A DNA stretch of 49,621 nt from Candidatus Aminicenantes bacterium. GTDB lineage: Bacteria; Acidobacteriota; Aminicenantia; Aminicenantales; Aminicenantaceae. The stretch spans positions 1 through 49,621 of the forward strand of contig JAOUKO010000003.1 in assembly GCA_029882525.1 (NCBI GenBank), written 5' to 3'. A program made the position numbers and the translations under genes. The notes beneath the pieces are model-generated. The model searched no databases, was not told the origin of the DNA, and was given only the letters and a program-made list of their open reading frames with translations. Shown here in pieces: positions 1 to 8,541 of the stretch; the stretch's first letter is position 1, and each line of letters begins with the position of its first letter.

Positions 1-871
1 CGGTCGGGACCATGCCCCTCTTCTCGGTGGAAACGTCGACTTCTCGAAAATGAGGTCTGCCCTTTCGGTTGTAAGACACCAAAGCCTGAACCACTTCCCA
101 GCCGAGTTTGCCCTTCTTGGCCATCTCTGTGATCTCTTCCAGGGCTGTCCTGTTGTCATACGGAGTGGGCCGGTGAGGCCGGGGTGAAAGGAGGGCATCA
201 TAGATGTCGCAGACAGCAATGATCTCTATCATCTGATCTTCCAACCGGATTCCGAGAGGGTAACCGGACCCATCTCTTCGTTCATGGTGTTCCTTGGCTG
301 CCCAGGCGGCGAATCGCCCGTGATCTTTAAGAAAATAGCTGAGCAGCACAAAACCGGCTAAAGTATGATGTTCAACGATGATCCTTTCCACATTAGTCAG
401 CGCTTCTGTCTTATTCAAAATCTTTGAGGGAACGCTGACTTTGCCATAATCATGTATGGTCCCGGCCATGACATCTATGATCCAGTCCTCGGGTTCTCCC
501 AGCAGGTCTCCAGCCATGAGCACGGACAGGGCAAACACCAGCAGCGTGTGGCGGTAGGTGTAGGCATCCTTCACTTTAAAGAAGTCAAAAAACTGAAGAA
601 GAGGCGGAATAAAAGGGATCTTATTCATCAGGGTCAAGGCATTGGCTCTGTTTATTCCCTGGAAGATCACGTCATAGGGGGGATTCTGGAGAAAACGGCG
701 CAGGTCTTGAAAAAGAGTGCCGTGCTCCAGAAAGGCAAGCTTCTTATAAGTTGTGTCCTTATTCGTGGCGATCAATTTGTCCAGGACATCAGGCGTCAGC
801 TCCGTACCGCCGGCGAGAAGCTGTTTGTATTCCAAAGTATAAACGGGACAGACGAGCTTAGGAGCTTTCAT
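1..871 (-). CDS. HD-GYP domain phosphodiesterase-like protein (3' end runs off the window; absent from the ORF track)
   Basis: Manual translation from ATG at 871 (TTG at 874 in frame): MKAPKLVCPVYTLEYKQLL...HDYGK...EHH...HHERRDGSGYPLG...CDIYDALLSPRPHRP; collinear with the paralog at 4354-5409. Confidence 0.85.
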   Translation of the reverse strand, partial: MKAPKLVCPVYTLEYKQLLAGGTELTPDVLDKLIATNKDTTYKKLAFLEHGTLFQDLRRFLQNPPYDVIFQGINRANALTLMNKIPFIPPLLQFFDFFKVKDAYTYRHTLLVFALSVLMAGDLLGEPEDWIIDVMAGTIHDYGKVSVPSKILNKTEALTNVERIIVEHHTLAGFVLLSYFLKDHGRFAAWAAKEHHERRDGSGYPLGIRLEDQMIEIIAVCDIYDALLSPRPHRPTPYDNRTALEEITEMAKKGKLGWEVVQALVSYNRKGRPHFREVDVSTEKRGMVPT

Positions 872-1212
872 CAATCTCGGTCCTTTCTGTTCCGGTTAAA
901 CAGGATATGAAATTTCATTCTCACAGGATTTGATCTTCTCCCGGGCCTCGGTTTTTCACTTTTCTATCCGGTATCCACCGCTAAGCTTATCCTCTCATTT
1001 CTACCACAGTGAACAGGCGGGGTCAATTATAAAAGAAAAAATTTGTCGAATGAATATAACGGCAGTGACCAGATGCCAACCGCTTGACTTTTGGATTCCT
1101 GTCTCCTACTATCTAACCAGTTTTATAATCTGACATAAAGCTATAGCGACTGATACAAATCCACGCCAATTCAAGGAGCAGGAAGGCCTTCAATCAGGAG
1201 GGAAAAAATCAA

Positions 1213-4200
1213 ATGAAAAGATTATTCATCTTCTTACCTCTGCCCGTTTTTATCTGTGTTTTTTCTTTGAGCTGCCAGAATAGACAAACTTCTGATCACT
1301 ATGAGGAAGTTTTAAAAAATTTTCAGAATCCTCCTTCGGACTTTCGCAGCGCGCCGCTCTGGGTATGGAATGACAGGGTGACCCGCGAGCAGGTTGATTC
1401 ACAGCTGGCTGATTTCAAGGAACACGGAATCGGCGGAGTTTTTATTCATCCCCGGCCCGGACTCATCACTCCTTACCTATCAGAGGAATGGATGACATTA
1501 TGCCGCTGCGCTGTTGAAGTCGGCAGACAATTGGGCATGAAGATCTGGCTTTACGATGAGAACTCCTACCCCTCCGGTTTTGCTGGCGGTCACGTGCCTG
1601 CTGCTATGCCTGATGCATCTGGCAGGGGACTCATGGTAACCCAGGTTCAAAAGCTTCCAGAGAAATTCGCTTCTCCCCCCTTACTTGTCCTGAAAGAGAC
1701 TGCCTCTGGTTTCGAAGACATAACTCAGGCAGTATCAAATCAAAGCTTTTCTGAGGGAGAATATTTCATTTTTGACCTCAAAGAGGCGAATCCCTCTCCT
1801 TGGTTTGGCGGGTATACTTATGTGGACCTGATGCGCCGCGATGTGACCGATAAGTTTCTGGATGTCACTTTGAATGCCTACAGGAAGGTCATCGGCGATG
1901 AATTCGGAGCCACGGTCCCAGGCGTTTTCCAGGATGAGGCTCACATCCTGCCTGTCGGAGGAAGGGATGTTGTCAACTTCACTCCGGCTCTTTTCGATGA
2001 GTTCAGGAACAGATGGGGATACGATTTAAAGCGGCATTTGCCTTCTCTCTTCTGGGAAAAAGGGGATTGGAAGCGTGTCCGGCACAATTATTATGCCACT
2101 CTGCTTGAGTTGTTCATCGAAAACTGGGCTAAGCCCTACTATGATTACTGCGCTCAGAATAATCTTGTGTTCACCGGCCACTACTGGGAGCACGAATGGC
2201 CCAGGCCGCGCCTCTCCCCAGATAATATGGCCCTGTGCGCTTACGCCCACATGCCAGGCATCGATTGCCTCATGAACGAATGGGAGACTGACGCCCATGC
2301 CCAGTTCGGAAACACCAGGGCTGTTAAAGAAATTCGCAGCGCTGCCAACCAACTGGGAAAACGGCGAACACTGTCCGAGACATACGGAGCGAGCGGCTGG
2401 GATTTGACCTTCTTTGACCAGAAGCGGATCGGGGACTGGGAGTATGTTCTGGGAGTGAATTTTCTCAACCAGCATCTTTCCTATGTCACGATTAAAGGGG
2501 CCAGAAAACGTGATCATCCCCTCTCCTTTTCCTATCATGAGCCTTGGTGGCATTCCTATAAAATTCTCGCTGACTATTTTGGACGGCTTTCATTGGTCAT
2601 GAGCAGCGGCCTGCAGCAAAACCGCATCCTGGTCCTTGAGCCAACGTCCACGGCCTGGATGTATTACTCGCCAGATAAATCTTCCGATCGTCTGGAAGCA
2701 CTGGGCAGTGATTTCCAGGATTTTCTCCACAAACTGGAAGCCGGCCAGGTGGAATACGACCTGGCAAGCGAGGCGATCCTTAAAGACTACGGTAAGGTGC
2801 GCGGAAATAAATTGGCTGTGGGGGAATGCAAGTATGATCTGGCTGTGCTGCCTCCAGGGATTGAAAACTTGAACAAGGTAACCTTGAACCTCATCGAGGA
2901 TTACTTAGCGGGGGGCGGCCAGGTTTTCTCCCTGGCAGATCCTCCAAAATTTGTCGATGGGCAGCAAACTGATCAGGTTGAGAAGCTGGCTTCCCAGTAT
3001 AAGTCTAGCTGGCATTCCGGCTCAGCCTCAACCCTCCTGGAAAAAATAAATGCAATATGCCCTCCGGATTTGGTTTTCATCCAGCCAGAAAAATTTTCAG
3101 GATTACTCTTCCACCACCGTCGGAAGCTCAAAGACGCGGAATTCATCTTTCTCGCCAACAGCAGTGACAAAGAGACTTCCAACGGGAGATTTACAGCCGA
3201 GTCCCGACACGTGGAATCCTGGGACCTTTTTACTGGATCAGTATCAACCTATCCTGCTGAGGATAAAGACGGAAGGTTAGAGGTGAGCTTCTCTCTGCCG
3301 GCCGGCGGGAGTCTGCTGCTCTGTCTTCGCCAGGGCCGTCCAGATAAGAGAGAAGAGCAAATGTACTCAAGGACCGAATTGATCCCTCTGCCCGAAGAAA
3401 AGATAAGCCCTCTTGCCCCGAATGTATTGATTCTCGATTACTGCGACCTGACTCTCAACGGAAAGGTTGAAAAAGACCTGTATTTCTACGAGGCCCAGCA
3501 CAAAATCTTCACGCATCATGGACTGCCGAGGAATCCCTGGGACAGCGCTGTCCAGTTCAAAACGAATATCATTGACCAGGACAAATTCCCGGATGATTCT
3601 GGCTTTGAGGCCTCTTTCTGGTTCACTTGCGATGCAGGCCTCAATTTCTCCTCGCTTCGGCTCGTGGTTGAACAGCCCGATCTTTTCCAGGTTCTCGTCA
3701 ACGGCAGGCCCGTCGAGCGGCTCGAAGGGGAATGGTGGCTCGATCGAGCTTTCGGCACGTTCAAGACCGGAGAAGCCGTCACAACAGGAAAAAATAGAAT
3801 ATCACTCAAGGTATCGCCGTTTTCCATCTTTGCCGAGCTTGAGCCGGTCTATCTATTGGGTGATTTCAAGCTGGAGAGCGAGGACAAAGGATTCAAGCTT
3901 GTGCCCAGCAGACAGCTTGAAATCGGACCATGGGATAAACAGGGCATGCCATTCTATTCAAACGGAGTAAACTATCAGAAAACCTACACCATTCAAACAT
4001 TGAATCCTCAGAAAGAACGTTTCCTGGTGAAGCTCGGGAACTGGAAAGGCTCGATGGCGGAGGTTCGGGTGAGAAAGAGTATGGCTGGCTTGATCGCATT
4101 TCCGCCTTTTGAGCTGGATATCACCGACTTTCTGGCTCCGGGCAAGAACCTCATCGAGGTCATCGTCTATGGAACCTTAAAAAATACACTCGGGCCCCAT

Positions 4201-4344
4201 CACAATAATCCTCAACTTGGCCGCGCCTGGCCAAGCGCCTTTCAGAGAGGTGCTGTGGGTGGCTATCCTCCGGGCTCTGAGTATAGTGTGGTGAGCTATG
4301 GCTTGTTGGAGGATTTCAAGATGATATCGAGAAAGACGGATTAA
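1213..4344 (+). CDS. Glycoside hydrolase, GH106/alpha-L-rhamnosidase-like, probable lipoprotein
   Basis: 1043 aa; lipobox-like SLSC; family-type motifs PLWVWN, GIGGVFIHPR, WLYDENSYPSGFAGG, SETYG, GVNFLNQH; C-terminal beta-sandwich region. Confidence 0.8.
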   Translation: MKRLFIFLPLPVFICVFSLSCQNRQTSDHYEEVLKNFQNPPSDFRSAPLWVWNDRVTREQVDSQLADFKEHGIGGVFIHPRPGLITPYLSEEWMTLCRCAVEVGRQLGMKIWLYDENSYPSGFAGGHVPAAMPDASGRGLMVTQVQKLPEKFASPPLLVLKETASGFEDITQAVSNQSFSEGEYFIFDLKEANPSPWFGGYTYVDLMRRDVTDKFLDVTLNAYRKVIGDEFGATVPGVFQDEAHILPVGGRDVVNFTPALFDEFRNRWGYDLKRHLPSLFWEKGDWKRVRHNYYATLLELFIENWAKPYYDYCAQNNLVFTGHYWEHEWPRPRLSPDNMALCAYAHMPGIDCLMNEWETDAHAQFGNTRAVKEIRSAANQLGKRRTLSETYGASGWDLTFFDQKRIGDWEYVLGVNFLNQHLSYVTIKGARKRDHPLSFSYHEPWWHSYKILADYFGRLSLVMSSGLQQNRILVLEPTSTAWMYYSPDKSSDRLEALGSDFQDFLHKLEAGQVEYDLASEAILKDYGKVRGNKLAVGECKYDLAVLPPGIENLNKVTLNLIEDYLAGGGQVFSLADPPKFVDGQQTDQVEKLASQYKSSWHSGSASTLLEKINAICPPDLVFIQPEKFSGLLFHHRRKLKDAEFIFLANSSDKETSNGRFTAESRHVESWDLFTGSVSTYPAEDKDGRLEVSFSLPAGGSLLLCLRQGRPDKREEQMYSRTELIPLPEEKISPLAPNVLILDYCDLTLNGKVEKDLYFYEAQHKIFTHHGLPRNPWDSAVQFKTNIIDQDKFPDDSGFEASFWFTCDAGLNFSSLRLVVEQPDLFQVLVNGRPVERLEGEWWLDRAFGTFKTGEAVTTGKNRISLKVSPFSIFAELEPVYLLGDFKLESEDKGFKLVPSRQLEIGPWDKQGMPFYSNGVNYQKTYTIQTLNPQKERFLVKLGNWKGSMAEVRVRKSMAGLIAFPPFELDITDFLAPGKNLIEVIVYGTLKNTLGPHHNNPQLGRAWPSAFQRGAVGGYPPGSEYSVVSYGLLEDFKMISRKTD

Positions 4345-4353
4345 TTTGGTGTT

Positions 4354-5409
4354 CTAATTTAAGTCCAATTCCATGTCCAACAGATCATCCTCAGTAAATT
4401 CCATTCCGCAGCTCCGACAGGCATAGGCCAGATGCTGCTTACCGTCCCTAACAATTTTTCTCTCTCTGGCTGTACCATGGCAGTTGGGACAATCTATTTT
4501 TCTCTCAACATTGACTCGGCATAAATCGACTGCCAGGAGTCTGCCCCTCTTCTCGGCGGAAACTTTGCATTCTTGAAAATGAGGTCTATCCTTTCGGTTA
4601 TAAGCCACCAAAGCCTGGACCACTTCCCAGCTTAGTTTTCCCTGCTCTGCCATTTCGGTGATCTCTTCCAGTGCTGACCTGTTGTCATACGGAGTAGGTC
4701 GATGAGGCCTGGGCGAAAGAAGAGCATCATAGATATCGCAGACAGAGATGATCTCTATCATCCTGTCTCTCATCAGGATGCCCAGAGGGTAGCCCGACCC
4801 GTCCCTTCGCTCGTGGTGTTCCTTGGCCGCCCAAGCCGCGAATCTTCCGTGGTCCTGAAGGAAGTAACTGAGAAGCACAAAGCCCGCCAAAGCATGGTGT
4901 TCCAGGATGATCTTGTCAACCTGGGTCAGCGGTTCCTTCTTTTTCAATATCTTCAGGGGAACGTTCATCTTGCCAAAATCATGTATGGTCCCGGCCATGA
5001 CATCTCTGATCCAGTCTTCGGGCTCTTCCAGCAGCTCCTGAGCCATGAGCACTGACATGGCGAACACGACCAGAGAGTGACGGTAGGTATAGAAGTCGTT
5101 CTCTTTGAAATAATCAAAAAACTTCAGCAGGGGTGGGATGAAGCTGATCTCATTCATCAGGGTCAAGACACCTGACCTATCCGATTGGTCGAAGCTTAAG
5201 TTGTATGGTGACTCCTGAAGAAAGCGGCGTAAATCTTGAAAAATGGTGCCGTACTTCAAAAGGGGACAGGCTGGATAAGAGGTGCCTTTAGTGGTTGCGA
5301 TCAACTCATCCAGGACCTCTGGCGTTATCTCCTTGCCGCCCGGGAGAAGCTGTTTAAAGTCCAAGGTATAGACCGGACAGACAAGCCTAGCACTTTTTAC
5401 GGGTTTCAA
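4354..5409 (-). CDS. HD-GYP domain protein with C-terminal zinc-ribbon-like extension
   Basis: HDFGK, HH, HHERRDGSGYP, CDIYDAL, RPHR motifs; C-terminal CPNC...CRSC. Confidence 0.85.
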   Translation of the reverse strand: MKPVKSARLVCPVYTLDFKQLLPGGKEITPEVLDELIATTKGTSYPACPLLKYGTIFQDLRRFLQESPYNLSFDQSDRSGVLTLMNEISFIPPLLKFFDYFKENDFYTYRHSLVVFAMSVLMAQELLEEPEDWIRDVMAGTIHDFGKMNVPLKILKKKEPLTQVDKIILEHHALAGFVLLSYFLQDHGRFAAWAAKEHHERRDGSGYPLGILMRDRMIEIISVCDIYDALLSPRPHRPTPYDNRSALEEITEMAEQGKLSWEVVQALVAYNRKDRPHFQECKVSAEKRGRLLAVDLCRVNVERKIDCPNCHGTARERKIVRDGKQHLAYACRSCGMEFTEDDLLDMELDLN

Positions 5410-5590
5410 TCTTTCACGCCCTGGTTAATGCGAGATAAAAGATAAAATAGTCCACTAAAGGGATTTTTTCCTTAAACAGTCTCAATTTCTTCCTTTTCCT
5501 AATTAATCCGATATTCGCTGACTAATATTCGTTATTTTTTGTATCACAACGAAACCGCTCAGTCAATAATAAAAATGGACTGTGAATTGA

Positions 5591-6943
5591 TCATTTATTG
5601 ACGCGAAATCCAGGGTCCTTTTTCTCATCAAATTTAAGCTTGTCTCTATTCAGAATCTTTCCTTCGAGGATCACCATTTCTATGTTGCGTGTCTGTCTGA
5701 TGTCTTTATCCGGCCGGCCGTCGACTACCAGGAAGTTGGCCAACCTTCCGGATGATAAAGTCCCCCACTCTTTTTCATCCTCGATCAACACCGCGGCGTT
5801 CTTTGTTGCCAGAGTGATGGCCTGGAGGGGCGTTAAACCCGCTTCAACAAGCAATCCCAGCTCCCTGTGGATTCCTTCTCCGAGAAAAACACCTGGATGA
5901 GGAGCATCTGTCCCAGCCGCCAAAACAATCCCAGAGTCAAACATCTTTTTGGTGTTCCTCTGGGCGCGCTTCAAAACCTGCTCCCGTTGGGCATATATCG
6001 AATGCGAGTTGCTGTTTGTGTTGATCGTCCGGGAAACCCAGGACTTCAAATCCTTGAGAAACCAGGGAGGCGTGGTATGCTCCACAAGAGGGTCATCGAG
6101 GAAGCTGAGGTCGACGAACCTTCGTCCGATACCGCTTTCGGTGACAGCGAGAGTGGTGATACAGCGAATTCCCTTTGCTTTCATCAGCCTCATAAAATCT
6201 TCACTGATATCCTCGTCGAACATATGGGCATAGGCCGTGATTCCCAAATCTGCCAATTCCTTAGAAGATTGATGAACGAAAACCCGCAGTCCTTCTCTAT
6301 CCGCTGCGCTAGCCAGAGCGTAGACCATCTGATTAGAAAGCCCAGAGTAAGCTTTGACCACATCCACTCCGACCCTTTTCAAACGTGCGACCATTTTCGG
6401 GATTTGATGGACCGACGACAAGGCATAAGAGATAGAAGGCCAGCTGGGGTCAGCCCCGTTGATGAGCGGCCCGGCACAGTAGATACGGGGGCCTGGGATA
6501 CGTCCTTCGCCTACCTCCTGTCGGAGTTGAAGGATATATTCGAGATTATTGCCCAGGTCCAGAACAGTTGTTACCCCGGAGTACAAAAGGGAGTTCAGAT
6601 ACCTTTGATAACCCAGCATATCTGTCGACATCCCGTCCCAGCCGCCGCACAGATGGACGTGCATATCAGCAAGGCCGGGCATAACCGTCTTTCCTTTGAG
6701 GTTGATCATCCGGGCATCCGACGGAACCTTCAACTGGTCCAGGTACCCGACAGCTTCGATCCTGTCCCCGCTTATGACTATAGAGCCGTCCTCAAGGGGT
6801 GCCCCTCCGTTACCGTCGATGATCACGGCATGATTGAAGCACAGGGGTTTCTGCTGTTGAGTGTTTGAGGGACTGGGCAAAAACAGAATCAGGAGAATAA
6901 ACAACACCGCTGTCAATAAGCGTCCTGTAAAGCCCTCTTTCAT
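5591..6943 (-). CDS. Secreted amidohydrolase-family metallohydrolase
   Basis: Signal peptide; PGLADMHVH (HxH), GVTTVLD, VKAY Lys, two further His, AGTDA Asp, GTLSSGRLAN. Confidence 0.85.
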   Translation of the reverse strand: MKEGFTGRLLTAVLFILLILFLPSPSNTQQQKPLCFNHAVIIDGNGGAPLEDGSIVISGDRIEAVGYLDQLKVPSDARMINLKGKTVMPGLADMHVHLCGGWDGMSTDMLGYQRYLNSLLYSGVTTVLDLGNNLEYILQLRQEVGEGRIPGPRIYCAGPLINGADPSWPSISYALSSVHQIPKMVARLKRVGVDVVKAYSGLSNQMVYALASAADREGLRVFVHQSSKELADLGITAYAHMFDEDISEDFMRLMKAKGIRCITTLAVTESGIGRRFVDLSFLDDPLVEHTTPPWFLKDLKSWVSRTINTNSNSHSIYAQREQVLKRAQRNTKKMFDSGIVLAAGTDAPHPGVFLGEGIHRELGLLVEAGLTPLQAITLATKNAAVLIEDEKEWGTLSSGRLANFLVVDGRPDKDIRQTRNIEMVILEGKILNRDKLKFDEKKDPGFRVNK

Positions 6944-7040
6944 TTCAGGCTTCTCCCTTTATTCAGTGCAGAGAGAGTATCTCTATCCCCAACAGAAAAT
7001 CTTCCCTGCGAGAATCCTATAACATCAATGTATGAATTGT

Positions 7041-7649
7041 CTACTTGTTGCCGATACCCATGGCTTCTGCCTGGGGGCATTTGAACTTCGCTCTGCAGTG
7101 AAGACAAGCAATCTTAGGAAAAATCACAAAGAACCGGAACAGAAGCAATCCCACCAGGACAATAAAGATGGCCAGCAAGAGGAATGAAAAATTGATGATG
7201 AGAGCAGGAATCACTGCAATTATGGGAATGACCAGGGAGCCCATGTATAGATTGTTACTGGACAACAGCCCCTTGGCTCGGTTCGAAAAGTTTTCAGGCT
7301 TCCCTTCTCGGGCAATCATCTTCGCCACCACATTCAGGCCTGATACGCAGACCGATCTTTCCAACCTGAAATAGACGCAGCAAGGACAGACTTTCAGGGG
7401 CATGATCAAGTACATTTCCAGGAAGGAAAATGCAAAATAGAGATAAGCAAAAATCATGCTGACTGAAGAAAAATTATAGCCGACCATGATCCCAGCTCCA
7501 CCCAGAAGAAAATGGAGGACAGTCGTGCCGTTATACACGAGAATGCTGGATACAGGGTACCTCGTGTGGAGTTTTGCCTTTGTCACTTCTTTCAGACCCA
7601 AAAATGATTTCCTCTTTTTAGCCTTGTCAAGCGTTCGTATCCATAACAC
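7041..7649 (-). CDS. Cys-rich membrane protein of unknown function (about 4 TM helices; start uncertain)
   Basis: Four hydrophobic segments; CPCC-x9-C and CLHC-x5-C clusters. Confidence 0.65.
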   Translation of the reverse strand: MLWIRTLDKAKKRKSFLGLKEVTKAKLHTRYPVSSILVYNGTTVLHFLLGGAGIMVGYNFSSVSMIFAYLYFAFSFLEMYLIMPLKVCPCCVYFRLERSVCVSGLNVVAKMIAREGKPENFSNRAKGLLSSNNLYMGSLVIPIIAVIPALIINFSFLLLAIFIVLVGLLLFRFFVIFPKIACLHCRAKFKCPQAEAMGIGNK

Positions 7650-7829
7650 ACAAAATTATTCGAGTCAAAAAAAATCATACTTCTCCATCCAGTTCGAAGG
7701 AACGCCACAAACAAGTAGGATATTATCAAATCCAAAATGTATATACGAAGACCCGTCTATCGATAAGGAAATTCTCGGAATATTGACTAATTCGATAAAC
7801 TGATATAGACTTTAAGTGGGGTTTGATTC

Positions 7830-8126
7830 ATGAGTAAGCAGAAAGCATTCATTCTTCTTAGTCTGTTCCTGCTATTATTTCTAATTACCCAAAACTGTTC
7901 AAATCCTTGGATTACAGGTAGAGGGAGAATCGTATTCCTCGGTTTTGAAGGAGGATTTTATGGAATTGAAGCTGATAACGGAGAGCATTATGATCCAACC
8001 AATCTGCCTGCAAATTATATGATTGACGGTTTGCGAGTTAAATTCACCGTGAAAATTTTGTCCGATGTCGGAAGCATTCATATGTGGGGGGATGTTGTAG
8101 AAATCATATCAATAAAAAAAATATAG
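7830..8126 (+). CDS. Small hypothetical lipoprotein
   Basis: 98 aa; hydrophobic leader ending in QNC; EGGFYGI...DPTNLP...GLRVKF...SIHMWG looks like a conserved small domain. Confidence 0.7.
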   Translation: MSKQKAFILLSLFLLLFLITQNCSNPWITGRGRIVFLGFEGGFYGIEADNGEHYDPTNLPANYMIDGLRVKFTVKILSDVGSIHMWGDVVEIISIKKI

Positions 8127-8172
8127 CGCTCACCGAAGAACTCTATGGTTTTCCTGTTTTAAACCAAATTCT

Positions 8173-8400
8173 TTAAAAGAAAAGCGACATCCCGATCATG
8201 ATATTATTATCAATGCGATTCAGCTCATATGTGAATGTTTCTCCCCAGGGGTAAGTCACGGTTCTTTTTCCCCAATATTTCGCAAGCCTGTATTCCACTC
8301 TAAAGGCAACTGAGTCACTCAAGAGACATTTTACTCCTGCTCCAAGATTTAGCGCCGCAACACCTATTTCCATGCCAAGTCCCAATAAGATGAAAAGAAT
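8173..8400 (-). pseudogene. C-terminal remnant of an outer-membrane beta-barrel protein
   Basis: LNLGAGVK..AFRVEYR..IMIGMSLFF alternating beta pattern with terminal Phe; in-frame TAG TAA just upstream; no signal peptide. Confidence 0.55.
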
Positions 8401-8541
8401 TTACTAAAAATATGATAAATTCTATTGAAAAAATTGAAAACTCTTTTTAAAATGCTTTATGCCCTTCGTTTCATGAAGCATATCCATGGCATTTTTCAAA
8501 TCATTCTTTCAAATCATAATCCTTAAAAAAGGAGGTTCATA

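Noticed and set aside
872-1030. Possible c-di-GMP riboswitch upstream of the HD-GYP genes (also 5410-5590)
   Set aside because: No recognisable riboswitch consensus by eye, and the two leaders are not similar; an Rfam scan would be decisive
452-5445. Similar plus-strand ORFs at 452-910, 4702-5055 and 5236-5445
   Set aside because: They are antisense shadows of the two HD-GYP paralogs; their similarity just mirrors the minus-strand genes
5867-6868. 333-aa plus-strand ORF and other long antisense ORFs (9136-10143, 21554-22279, 25996-26664, 31041-31694)
   Set aside because: They lie opposite well-supported genes and have no motifs; typical shadow frames
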